A stretch of DNA of 64,000 nt from assembly GCA_030693325.1 (NCBI GenBank), contig JAUYAV010000011.1, forward strand, positions 1,368 through 65,367, written 5' to 3'. Both the position numbers and the translations under genes were made by a program. Below, in pieces: positions 1 to 9,670 of the stretch. The notes under the pieces are model-generated. The model was given only the letters and a program-made list of their open reading frames with translations, did not search any database and had not been told where the DNA came from. Positions within the stretch are counted from its first letter, which is position 1. Every line of letters begins with the position of its first letter. Source of the stretch: a bacterium (GTDB lineage Bacteria; Patescibacteriota; Minisyncoccia; UBA6257; MFKM01).

Positions 1-1
1 G

Positions 2-475
2 AACGAAATTGAAGCGAGTGAAATTAATCAAGTGGCTACGGATATAAAAGTCAGTAAAAATGAAATGAAAATTGATAACGTGATAATAGTGGAGGCCACC
101 GGAAAAAGAATATTGCTTAACGTGGGGGACAGGCCGATAAGCGTGGAATCCAACGGGAGCATTGTCATTATTAAAGATAAAAATCTGGAAGTCACAACTG
201 ACAATGTTTCCATATCCGATAATTTACTGAAAATAGGAAATGTTGAAGTTAAGATGACGGCCAGCCAGGCGGCGGAAAAATTAAATATTGCGCCGACAGC
301 CGTCCAACTAACCACAGAGAATGACCAGCCGGTATATAAAATGGAAGTCAGCGAATCAAGAAACCTTTTCGGATTCATAAAAATAAATACCGGGAATACG
401 CAGACCGTCAGCGCTGACAACGGAAATTTAATAAGTGAAAAACGCCCCTGGTATTATTTCCTGACCACGAAATAG
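2..475 (+). CDS. hypothetical protein, 5' partial; the frame is open to the window edge upstream of the first GTG/ATG
   Basis: ORF track 32..475; no in-frame stop between position 2 and 32; no recognisable motif. Confidence 0.4.
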   Translation, partial: NEIEASEINQVATDIKVSKNEMKIDNVIIVEATGKRILLNVGDRPISVESNGSIVIIKDKNLEVTTDNVSISDNLLKIGNVEVKMTASQAAEKLNIAPTAVQLTTENDQPVYKMEVSESRNLFGFIKINTGNTQTVSADNGNLISEKRPWYYFLTTK

Positions 476-491
476 TTTTCCGCGCAAGTTT

Positions 492-1184
492 ATGAAAAAC
501 AAAAAGATTATTATTGTTTTGGCAATTATCGGCGTCATATTGGCGGTCTTAATCGGCGTTTATTTCCTATTTTTTCAGAAAACCGCGCAACTGAATTTGA
601 ACAACACGGCGGAAGAGACCGCGGATAACGCAACGGAAAATCAAACACCGACAACGAATCAAGGAAAAACAGAAAATGGCATTGTAACAGATAATCAGCC
701 CAGCCCCGAACAATCTCAAAATAAAATAATAACCGATGATTTTTCCATTAATCTTCCTCCGGGCTGGTCAAAAACCGAAGCCGCGGCCGGGGTTTCGGCA
801 ATGGCTTTTGACACGAATGAAATCATAAAAGATTCCGCGGCCCAAAAAATTAATTTCAAAAGTTATTTGGCGGTGGTTTTTGACGCGCTTCAGGGAAAAA
901 CTCTGGATGAATACCTGCAGAACCTTAAAAACTCGCTTCTGCAAACTATTCCGAATACTGTTTTCACTAAAGAACAGGATATGACAATAAGCGGCAAACT
1001 CGGCCATGCAATGGAAGTGGAACTTTCTCAACAAGGAGTAAATTTCAAAATTTTGACGGTATTCGTCAAGGATGAAAAAGAAGAAAATGTCTGGATTATA
1101 ACTTTCAACACGATTAAAAGCAGTTGGGATGGATATAAAGAATCTTTTTATAACACCGCGAATAGTTTTGTTTTGAAAAAATAA
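492..1184 (+). CDS. hypothetical membrane-anchored or secreted protein (N-terminal TM helix, then polar T/N/Q-rich linker)
   Basis: 230 aa ORF; N-terminus KKIIIVLAIIGVILAVLIGVYFLFF is a signal/anchor. Confidence 0.5.
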   Translation: MKNKKIIIVLAIIGVILAVLIGVYFLFFQKTAQLNLNNTAEETADNATENQTPTTNQGKTENGIVTDNQPSPEQSQNKIITDDFSINLPPGWSKTEAAAGVSAMAFDTNEIIKDSAAQKINFKSYLAVVFDALQGKTLDEYLQNLKNSLLQTIPNTVFTKEQDMTISGKLGHAMEVELSQQGVNFKILTVFVKDEKEENVWIITFNTIKSSWDGYKESFYNTANSFVLKK

Positions 1185-1303
1185 TTACCTCAGGGTTATC
1201 CACAATCCCACCGCGCTGTTTATTTAATGGATTTTTGCTATACTTAAATCAGTGAACAAAAAGGTCGAAAAAATATAATTTAGAAAATTAAAATTAAAAA
1301 ATT

Positions 1304-1996
1304 ATGGCACAATTATTACAAAGTTGGGGTGATGTTACCTTGCAGGCCTTGAGCAATCTTTGGATTCAGGTGTTGGGCGTTATTCCGATGATATTAGGAG
1401 CGTTGATAATTTTTGTTGTCGGTTTGATCGTCGCTTCGGTTTTGGACATGATAGTGATAAAAGTTGTCCGCTTGATAAAATTGGATAATCTTTTGATGCG
1501 CTCGGGATTGGAGGAGTACTTGAAACGGGGCGGTTGGAAGCTTGATACCGGAAAATTCCTGGGAAAGATTGTTTATTGGTTTGTGGTTATCGCGTTTGTC
1601 CTGGCTGCTTCCGATATTTTGAAATTTTACGCTTTCTCCGGTTTCCTCAGCTCAATTCTTAATTACATTCCCAACATCATTATAGCCGTTTTGATTTCAT
1701 TGACGGCCTTCATTATTGCCGGATTCCTCAAATCAATAGTTAAGGTTTCCGTTGCCGGCGCCCGGTTTGAAGTAGCGCACTTTTTAGGCGCTCTTGCCTG
1801 GTGGACAGTGGTGGTTTTCGGATCATTGGCCGCTTTGGCGCAATTGGGGATTGCCAGCAGTTTGTTCAATATAATCATTTCCGGTTTGGTGGCTATGTTT
1901 GCCTTGGCCGGCGGAATCGCTTTCGGCTTAGGAGGCAAAGATTATGCTTCTCATCTTCTTAATAAAATGAAAGATGAAATAGAGCATAAAAGATAA
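1304..1996 (+). CDS. MscS-like (mechanosensitive-channel TM-domain type) integral membrane protein
   Basis: multi-TM 230 aa ORF; LGIASS...LAGGIAFGLGG resembles the MscS TM3 pore helix; no cytoplasmic beta domain. Confidence 0.4.
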   Translation: MAQLLQSWGDVTLQALSNLWIQVLGVIPMILGALIIFVVGLIVASVLDMIVIKVVRLIKLDNLLMRSGLEEYLKRGGWKLDTGKFLGKIVYWFVVIAFVLAASDILKFYAFSGFLSSILNYIPNIIIAVLISLTAFIIAGFLKSIVKVSVAGARFEVAHFLGALAWWTVVVFGSLAALAQLGIASSLFNIIISGLVAMFALAGGIAFGLGGKDYASHLLNKMKDEIEHKR

Positions 1997-2010
1997 AAGT
2001 TAAGTTAATC

Positions 2011-2086
2011 AACCCCGCATCTTTTCTGGATTATTTCACGTACGAATTCGCGAAAGCGAAATTCGTATCCAGAAAAGATGCGGGGT
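2011..2086. terminator. long near-perfect nested hairpin after the membrane-protein gene (aaccccgcatcttttctggat...atccagaaaagatgcggggtt with inner acgaattcgcgaaagcgaaattcgt)
   Basis: inverted repeat read directly; no strong T-run; its 3' arm overlaps a TTGACA hexamer. Confidence 0.4.
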
Positions 2087-2113
2087 TGACAAAGTTTATA
2101 ATTTACCCAATAC
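2085..2113 (+). promoter_or_regulatory. candidate promoter for the 23S-5S rRNA transcript (-35 TTGACA, 17-nt spacer, -10 AATACT)
   Basis: hexamers read by eye ~280 nt upstream of the mature 23S 5' end. Confidence 0.3.
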
Positions 2114-2187
2114 TTTATACATATATGTATATTTTTCACTATAACGGGCGAGGTGAAAAACTTTATTAAGTTAAAGTTTGTTGTATA

Positions 2188-2220
2188 CCCCGCCTGAAAA
2201 CGGCGGGAATTTTATTTTTA
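2188..2220 (+). promoter_or_regulatory. GC hairpin (cccgcc-tgaaaac-ggcggg) plus T-rich run in the rRNA leader; processing or attenuator-like stem
   Basis: hairpin and following aattttatttttat read directly. Confidence 0.3.
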
Positions 2221-2631
2221 TAGCCGGACAATTTGCCCCCAGACCAATTAAGCATTAATGTCTACCGTAAAAAATAAATGCTCAATCGGTGTGTGGGTAA
2301 AGAAGAAAAGATTGAATCGGAAAGAAATTTAAAAAATTAATATGACCCCCGTGCCAAGTCTTTTTTTTGGCGCGGAATTAAATTAGACAATTTTTTGAGG
2401 TAGAGAATTAATAAGGGTATATGGTGGATGCCTTGACACAAAGTGGCGATGAAGGACGTGGCGTAGCTGCGATAAGCCTCGGTGAGGTGCCTAGCAACCT
2501 TTGACCCGGGGATTTCCGAATAGGGAAACCTATTTGCATAAAATGCAAATGATTCCAAATATAAATTTTGGAATAGCAGACCCGCTGAAGTGAAACATCT
2601 CAGTAAGCGGAGGAACAAAAAAAAGATTTTT

Positions 2632-2662
<31 letters not shown>

Positions 2663-2932
2663 GAGCCTAAATTTGTTAAAATTTTCGCAAGAAGATTTTA
2701 ATGAACGTTGCAAGATGGAAATTTTTCTTAAGTTTTAAAGCTTGAAACTTAAGATAAGAGTTACAAATTTGTTGGCTAGTCGAAACCGTTGGAAAGCGGT
2801 GCCAAAGAGAGTGATAGCCTCGTAGACAAAAGTCGGCAAACTCTTAGTTTTTCATTCTTAAGTACTCCGAGGCCAGACAACCTCGGAGGAATCCAGGAGT
2901 ACTATCTCCTAAGGCTAAATACACTTTGTGAT

Positions 2933-2968
<36 letters not shown>

Positions 2969-4938
2969 ATAGGCCGTTGAGGCCGGTGAAATAGAATCTG
3001 AAACCATATACTTACAAGGACTCGGAGCCTTACAATTTCGCAAGAAATAACGGGTGACGAGGTGCCTATTGAAGAATGAGCCAACGACTTTATTTGCATT
3101 GCAAGTTTAACCTCGCGAAGCGAGGGAAGCGAAGGGAAACCAAGTGTTAATAGCGCTAATAGCAGTGCGAGTAAGACCCGAAGCCAAGCGAGCTTGTCCT
3201 GGTCAGGATGAAGGCCGAAGAAATTCGGCTGGAGGTCCGAACCGGTGAGCCGTTCAACACTCTCGGATGAACTGGGATAAGAAGTGAAAAGCTAATCGAG
3301 CTTGGTAATAGCTGGTTCTCTCCAAAATAGTTTTAGGACTAGCGTCGGATAAATAGATTTCTGGGGGTAGAGCACTGGATGATTTGTAAAGGACGAAAGT
3401 TCGACAAATCAATCAAACTCCGAATACCAGATTTTGTTCTCCGGCAGTCAGACTACGGGGGCTAAGCTCCGTGGTCGCGAGGGAAAAAGCCCTGACCGCC
3501 GTCTAAGGTCCCAAAATGTATGCTAAGTGTTAAAGAAAGTCTCCAACCAGAGACAAATAGGAGGTTGGCTTAGAGGTAGCCATCCTTTAAAGAGTGTGTA
3601 ACAACTCACTATCCGATGGTTGGGGGCGTCTAAAATTTATCGGGGCTAAGCATACTACCGAAGACGCGGATTCGTTTTTTGTTTACAAAAAACGAGTGAT
3701 AGGAGAGCATTTCCAGCCGCTGTGAAGGTTGACCCGCGAGGGCGACTGGAGCGCTGGGAAGAGAGAATGTTGGCATGAGTAATCACAAATCAGATGAGAA
3801 ATCTGATCCCCGAAAATCCAAGGTTTCCTCCGCAACGAAAATCGACGGAGGGTTAGGCGGCCCTAAGGCAATGGCGAAAGCCGCAGCTGAAGGACAGTCG
3901 GTTGATATTCCGACCTGCCCATTAATTATCGATGGAGTGACAAAGAAAATAAAATCGCGCGCCTTAATGGTTTGGCGTCATTAATAATAAGATTGGGCAT
4001 CCAGGAAAATCCGGGTGCAAGCCTTTAGTGGCACCCAATCGTTTATCGAAGTAAGGCTAAGTTTTTACTTGGCTAATGCGATTGAAGAGTCTTTCAAGAA
4101 AACCTTCTAAGAGTTATGTTAATGGGCTCCGTACCGTAAACCGCCACAGGTGGGTGAGGCGAGGAGCCTCAGGGGAACGGGTAATTCTTCGTTAAGGAAC
4201 TCGGCAAAAAAGCAGACGTAAGTTCGCAATATGTCTTGGCTGACGCAAGTCAGCCCGCAGCGAAAGAATCTCTGGCGACTGTTTACCAAAAACACAGCTC
4301 CCTGCTAACTCGTAAGAGGATGTATAGGGGGTGACGCCTGACCGATGCGAGAAGGTTAACGGCGGGAGTGCTCTGACGCAAGTTGGAGTGCCCACTGCCC
4401 GAAGCCCTCGTCAATGTCCGCAGTAACTATAACTGTGTTAAAGTAGCGCAATTCCTTTTCAGGTAAGTTCTGAAGCGCACGAATGGCGTAACGATCGGAG
4501 AACTGTCTCAACGAAGAGCCCGATGAAAATGCGATTCCCGTGAAGACGCGGGGTACTGGCAGTAAGACGAAAAGACCCCGGGAGCTTTACTGCAGCTTGA
4601 TATTGTTTTTAGAACTTTAATGCGTAGTGTAGTGGGTAGGCTTTGAAGTTTCGCTTTCGGGCGGAATGGAGCCGACAATGAAACACCCATCTTTCGAGTT
4701 TTAAAATCTAATCTGAACGGCAAAAACGTTCGGAGACACTGTCTGGCGGGCAGTTTTAATGGGGCGTTATCCTCCTAAAGAGTAACGGAGGAGTTTATTA
4801 AGGTCGGCTTAGCCCGGATGGAAATCGGGCTGGACGCGTAAAGGCAAAAGCCGGCTTAACTGCAAGACTGACAAGTCGCGCAGATGCGAAAGCAGAACTT
4901 AGTGACCCGACGATTCTTTATAGAAAGGTCGGAGACAC

Positions 4939-4969
<31 letters not shown>

Positions 4970-5105
4970 GGTGGAGCCCGAGAGTCCATATCGACGGCTC
5001 CGCTCGGCACCTCGATGTCGGCTCACCCTATCCTGGGACTGAAGAAGGCCCCAAGGGTTTGGCTGTTCGCCAATTAAAAGGGTACGCGAGCTGGGTTCAA
5101 ACCGT

Positions 5106-5424
5106 TGAGTTCATAAACATAATTACGGTAATTGCCGTAATTACAGTAATTACTGTAATTTTTATGAATTGAACGGTTTGAATCCGAGGATTATGACATC
5201 AATCACGGCGGTTATAGAAAGTAATTTCTATATTCCAATAGTTTAATTAATTTAGCTAACTAATATCGGTGGAACCCTAATTGATGATTAGGGCAATACC
5301 GAGGGAATTCTTTATAAATTAAAGAAGCCCGTAGAGACTAAGCGTTAGCCTCCGCCAAAATTTTGTAAAAAAATGGGCGGATGAAGATATAGTCCAATAC
5401 ACTTAGTAATAAGTGACCAATATG
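5106..5424 (+). mobile_element. ORF-less group I intron in 23S rRNA at the I-CreI/I-CeuI-type site (exon CCGU|CGUGAGACAGG, about E. coli 2593-2596)
   Basis: exon homology breaks after gggttcaaaccgt and resumes at cgtgagacaggttggtctctatc; the 3' part has the group I P7/P3 signature ggcggatgaagatatagtcc; intron ends in G and the upstream exon in U. Confidence 0.7.
5121..5160. repeat. tandem array of the 8-bp palindrome GTAATTAC (9-bp period) inside the P1/P2 region of intron 1, embedded in a larger hairpin at 5097..5180
   Basis: aattacggtaattgccgtaattacagtaattactgtaatt; same array at 7511..7550 and 17545..17584. Confidence 0.8.
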
Positions 5425-5487
5425 CGTGAGACAGGTTGGTCTCTATCTACTGTCAGCGATGAATACTTGAGGGAAGTCGACTCTAGT

Positions 5488-6235
5488 AAACAAAATTTGC
5501 TACTTTCCGAAGTAATTCGGATTGAAAATTCGGCTAATAACGGTGAAATCTTACCATTTAATTATTACAATCGGTCTTGTGATAATTTACTTGAGGACCA
5601 AGAAATGCTAAGATAATACCGTGGGAAGTCAATCTAAAATCAACTTAGCTTATATAGCTGGATTTCTTGATGGCGATGGAAGCTTAATGCTTCAAATCAA
5701 AAAACGTAAAGAGGGGAATATATCCAAGAGGCGTTTCATGCTAACGATTTGTTTTTATCAAGATTCGCGCCATGATAAGCCCCTTTTATGGATTAGAAAA
5801 ATTTTGGGAATAGGTTATCTTTCCAAAAGAAAAGACGGAATGTCGGAATTAAGAATCAATGGCTTCCGCCAAACGGAAAAGATAATCAAATCTCTGTCGC
5901 CGTTCATTAAATTCAAGAAAGTCCAAGCTAAAATTCTTTTGGCATCGGCGAAGTTGCTTCAAAAAAGCAAACTAACCGGTAACGAATTAAAGAGATTGGT
6001 TGATAATATTCTGAAAATTCAATCAGAAAATTACACAACTAAAAGAAAGAAAACCAAAAGAGAATTGCTAAAAAATTTAGGTTTGACCCCGTAACGACTG
6101 AATTCCGCCGATTGGCGGATGAAGATAATATCAATTTTGATATTATAATACGCCGGCCCCGCTAAAATTTTATTTTTGTAAAAATTTAGGCGGGTGAAGA
6201 TATAGTCTGCGCACATAGTGATATGTGAATTCGTG
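5488..6235 (+). mobile_element. group I intron in 23S rRNA inserted in the sarcin-ricin loop region (exon CUCUAGU|ACGAGAGGACC), carrying a LAGLIDADG homing endonuclease ORF
   Basis: exon homology lost after ctctagt and regained at acgagaggaccgagttgaacg; 3' region has ggcgggtgaagatatagtctg (P7/P3-like); intron ends in G. Confidence 0.7.
5621..6094 (+). CDS. LAGLIDADG homing endonuclease (single-motif, I-CreI-like), intron-encoded, GTG start
   Basis: LAYIAGFLDGDGSL motif; lies wholly within intron 2. Confidence 0.8.
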   Translation: MGSQSKINLAYIAGFLDGDGSLMLQIKKRKEGNISKRRFMLTICFYQDSRHDKPLLWIRKILGIGYLSKRKDGMSELRINGFRQTEKIIKSLSPFIKFKKVQAKILLASAKLLQKSKLTGNELKRLVDNILKIQSENYTTKRKKTKRELLKNLGLTP

Positions 6236-6586
6236 ACGAGAGGACCGAGTTGAACGAACCTCTGGTCTACCGGCTTCAGCACCTGCTGAACCGCCGGGTA
6301 GCTATGTTCGGCCGGGATAAGCGTTGAAAGCATCTAAACGCGAAGCCCCTCCCAAGATTAAGTATCACTAAATAATTTATTATTTAGGTGGTCCCCAGAA
6401 GATTACTGGGTTGATAGGCCTTAGGTGTAAGCTCCGTAAGGAGTTCAGCCGAGAGGTACTAATAGACCATCTATTCTCTACCTCAAAAAGTTGTCTAAAA
6501 TCGTGCTTCACTATTGTTCGGCATAAATCGGCTTTATCAGCATTTATCAGCGTCAGTGGCGAGCGATAGCGAGGCACGAAAATATT

Positions 6587-6696
6587 CCTCGGTGATACAG
6601 TTTATGGTGTCCTACCCGTTCCCATTCCGAACACGGAAGTAAAAGCCATAAACGCCAATGATAGTCCTTCGGGGCGAAAGTAGGCTTTGCCGGGGA
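6587..6696 (+). rRNA. rrf: 5S rRNA
   Basis: CCCGTTCCCATTCCGAACACGGAAGT...GTAGG conserved core; terminal helix cctcgg/ccgggg; followed by a T-run. Confidence 0.8.
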
Positions 6697-6738
6697 TTTT
6701 TATTTTAATATTTTAGTATTTAGTTGTAATATTTATAT

Positions 6739-7521
6739 ATGACCCCTCGCTTGGTTAAACAACTGCTTTACGGCGCTTTCTATTTTTTAATAATATTTAT
6801 TATTTTTTGGCTGATTTATATTTTATTTTTGAAACCCGCGCCCACTTGTTCCGATGGACATCGGAATCAAAACGAAATCGGCATTGATTGTGGCGGATTT
6901 TGTCCGTCCTGTGAATTAACCCAATTGAAAAATTTGGCGGGTGATTGGGCTTTAGTTTTGCCGGCTGGAGAAAACGGGATAACGCTGTTGGCTGAGATTA
7001 CTAATCCCAATTTGAATTTCGGGGCTGAAAGTTTTTCTTACCAATTCAAAATCATCGGCCCTTTCGGCTTACTGAAAACCGTTGGAGGTCAGTCATCTAT
7101 TTACAGCGGCGAAATAAAATATTTAATAGCAACCGCCGTTCCGGTTAATCCTCAAGACGCAAAACGGGTGGAACTGGAAATATCTGCCTCCAGTACTGTT
7201 TGGCAATCGCAGGAAAAAATGCCCAAACCTGATTTAGCGAATCCCTCTCATCAAACAGTAATTTCAAACGGAAGCGTAATAGTGAAAGGTATTATTAGAA
7301 ATAAAAGTCCTCTTTTAATATCTCAAACAAAAATCATAGCCCTTATTTATAATTTTGATGGAAGCCAAATCCTAAACGCGTCTTACACAACCTTAGCTGG
7401 CCTCAAAGGGGATGAACAGCGGGCCTTTTCCATTGGATTCCCGAAAGGCGATTGGACCAAAAAAATAGATACAAACAGAACCAAGATTTTTATTGAACCC
7501 CAAATTACCAAATTACAGTAA
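6739..7521 (+). CDS. hypothetical membrane-anchored protein with a Cys-rich segment
   Basis: 260 aa ORF; N-terminal TM FYFLIIFIIFWLIYILFL; CSDG...CGGFCPSC. Confidence 0.5.
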   Translation: MTPRLVKQLLYGAFYFLIIFIIFWLIYILFLKPAPTCSDGHRNQNEIGIDCGGFCPSCELTQLKNLAGDWALVLPAGENGITLLAEITNPNLNFGAESFSYQFKIIGPFGLLKTVGGQSSIYSGEIKYLIATAVPVNPQDAKRVELEISASSTVWQSQEKMPKPDLANPSHQTVISNGSVIVKGIIRNKSPLLISQTKIIALIYNFDGSQILNASYTTLAGLKGDEQRAFSIGFPKGDWTKKIDTNRTKIFIEPQITKLQ

Positions 7522-7550
7522 TTACAGTAATTGCCGTAATTACGGTAATT
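7511..7550. repeat. GTAATTAC tandem palindrome array overlapping the TAA stop of the upstream gene
   Basis: aattacagtaattacagtaattgccgtaattacggtaatt. Confidence 0.8.
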
Positions 7551-7558
7551 AAATTTTT

Positions 7559-8623
7559 ATGTTTAAGAAACTTGATTGGTGGCTTATCGGCGCTTTGATT
7601 TTTATGGCCGCGGCCAGTTTAATATCGCTTTCGTCTACCAAACCGGCGCTTTTTCAAATCCAACTTATTTGGTACGCATTGAGCTTTTTGATTATTTTTT
7701 TTGCGGCAAAAATTAACTGGCGTTGGCTTATAACCCAAAATTGGTTTTTGCTGTCTTTCTATTGGCTGACGATCATTTTATTGATTGCCGCCTTTTTTTT
7801 CAGGCCTATCCGAGGCGCCCAAAGCTGGTTGATAATCGGAAATTTCCAGTTTCAGCCATCGGAATTGGCAAAAATTTCCCTGATTCTTATTTTCGCCAGT
7901 TTTTTCTCGCGCCGTTATCTTGAAGTTTCATTGATTAAAAACATAGCCGCTTCATTTTTTTATTTTTTTATTCCGGCGGCGCTGGTAGCGCTTCAACCGG
8001 CTTTGGGTATGGCTATAATTTTTTTCGGTATTTGGTTCAGTTTTTTGATAGTAAGCGGCTTGAAATGGCAGAGGATTTTCGCCAGTTTTTTAATTTTTAT
8101 TTTGGTATTTTCTTTTCTTTGGATGACTTTTCTGAGGCCCTACCAGAAAGAAAGGGTTTTGGGATTTATCTTTCCGGACCGGAATCCTTTGGGAACGAAT
8201 TATAATGTCATTCAGTCAAAAATCGCCATCGGTTCGGCGGGATTATTCGGAAAAGGCTTCCAGCAGGGGACGCAAAGCCGGCTGGGTTTTCTGCCTGAAG
8301 CCCAAACCGATTTTATTTTTTCCGCTTTCGTGGAAGAATGGGGATTGGTCGGCGGCCTTCTTTTGATTGCCGCTTTTTTGCTGATTATTTTCAGAATAAT
8401 TAAAATTGGCATCAAATCGGAAGGCAACTGCGCCAAATTTATTTGTTTGGGCGCCGCTATCGCCCTCGGTTCGCAATTTTTCTTTAATATCGGTTCTTGT
8501 CTGGGGCTTTCACCGGTGGTGGGGATAACTTTTCCTTTTTTCAGTTACGGAGGATCTAGCTTATTGACTAACGCTTTGCTCATCGGTATAATACAAAATA
8601 TTGCAATTGAATCCTCGTTTTAA
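7559..8623 (+). CDS. SEDS-family peptidoglycan glycosyltransferase (RodA/FtsW)
   Basis: 10-TM ORF with SEDS motifs QPSELAKISLIL, LPEAQTDFIFS, FSYGGSS. Confidence 0.85.
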   Translation: MFKKLDWWLIGALIFMAAASLISLSSTKPALFQIQLIWYALSFLIIFFAAKINWRWLITQNWFLLSFYWLTIILLIAAFFFRPIRGAQSWLIIGNFQFQPSELAKISLILIFASFFSRRYLEVSLIKNIAASFFYFFIPAALVALQPALGMAIIFFGIWFSFLIVSGLKWQRIFASFLIFILVFSFLWMTFLRPYQKERVLGFIFPDRNPLGTNYNVIQSKIAIGSAGLFGKGFQQGTQSRLGFLPEAQTDFIFSAFVEEWGLVGGLLLIAAFLLIIFRIIKIGIKSEGNCAKFICLGAAIALGSQFFFNIGSCLGLSPVVGITFPFFSYGGSSLLTNALLIGIIQNIAIESSF

Positions 8624-9653
8624 CAAAAGGGTGAGTTTTATTTTGGTTGGCGGAATAATACTGGCAGCAGTCCTGATTTTGTTTTCTGTTTTTTATTTTA
8701 ACGGGTTGAAGCCGATAGGTTCGGATATAAAATTTGAATTGAAAATTGAAAAAGGGCAGGGATTGAAAGAAATTTCCGCCGCTCTTTCTCAAGCCCGGAT
8801 AATCCGCTCAATAACTGTTTTTAAACTTTACGCTATTTTTACGGGCAAAGCCCGGCATTTGAAATCAGGCATTTATCAATTGAACGGCCGCTTGAGCGTT
8901 CCGGAAATAATTAATTTTTTGATTGATGATTCAAGCCAAGAAGTTTCCATCACTATCACTGAAGGCTCAACTCTTAAAGAAATAGACCGGATTTTGAGTT
9001 CGGCAAATATTATCCCAAAAAATTCATTAGTTAGTTTTTATTTTCCCGTCCATGGCGGGTCCGCCGCAGGCGGAAAAAATGACGAACTAATAAAAGCTTA
9101 TCCTTTCTTGGAAGGTATTGACAATTTAGAGGGTTTCCTTTATCCTGATACTTATCGTTTCAAAATTGACTCTTCAGTCGAAGAGGCAGCTAAAAAATTT
9201 TTTGATAATTTTCAGAACAAAGCTTGGCCGTTAATAAGCCAAAAAAATAATTGGTATCAAATTTTGATTTTAGCTTCTATTTTAGAGAAAGAAGTTCCGG
9301 TTTTTAACGATCAGCAACTGGTGGCGGGGATTCTCAATAAGCGGATAAAAGTGGGAATGCCTATCCAAGTTGACGCGACTGTTCTTTATACTAAATGCCA
9401 AGGGGATTTTTATTCCTGTTCTCAGCGTAAGTTATCAACGGGCGATTTGAAATTGGATTCGCCTTATAACACTTATTTGAATTTAGGCTTGCCGCCGACA
9501 CCCATTGCCAATCCTGGTCAGATGGCGATACAGGCCGCTTTAAGTCCTAAGGCTTCAAATTATTGGTTTTATCTTTCAGATTCCCAAACGAAAGAAACGA
9601 TTTTTTCCGAAACTCTGGAAGATCAAAACAAAAATCGTCAAAAATATCTATAA
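8601..9653 (+). CDS. mltG: endolytic murein transglycosylase MltG (YceG family), paralog 1
   Basis: N-terminal TM; YPDTYRF; VDATVLYT; NTYLNLGLPPTPIANPG. Confidence 0.85.
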   Translation: MQLNPRFNKRVSFILVGGIILAAVLILFSVFYFNGLKPIGSDIKFELKIEKGQGLKEISAALSQARIIRSITVFKLYAIFTGKARHLKSGIYQLNGRLSVPEIINFLIDDSSQEVSITITEGSTLKEIDRILSSANIIPKNSLVSFYFPVHGGSAAGGKNDELIKAYPFLEGIDNLEGFLYPDTYRFKIDSSVEEAAKKFFDNFQNKAWPLISQKNNWYQILILASILEKEVPVFNDQQLVAGILNKRIKVGMPIQVDATVLYTKCQGDFYSCSQRKLSTGDLKLDSPYNTYLNLGLPPTPIANPGQMAIQAALSPKASNYWFYLSDSQTKETIFSETLEDQNKNRQKYL

Positions 9654-9670
9654 AATTATTTAAGATTAAG

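Noticed and set aside
1196-1204. Perfect DnaA box TTATCCACA near the window start
   Set aside because: It is a single occurrence with no cluster or adjacent dnaA/dnaN, which is consistent with chance.
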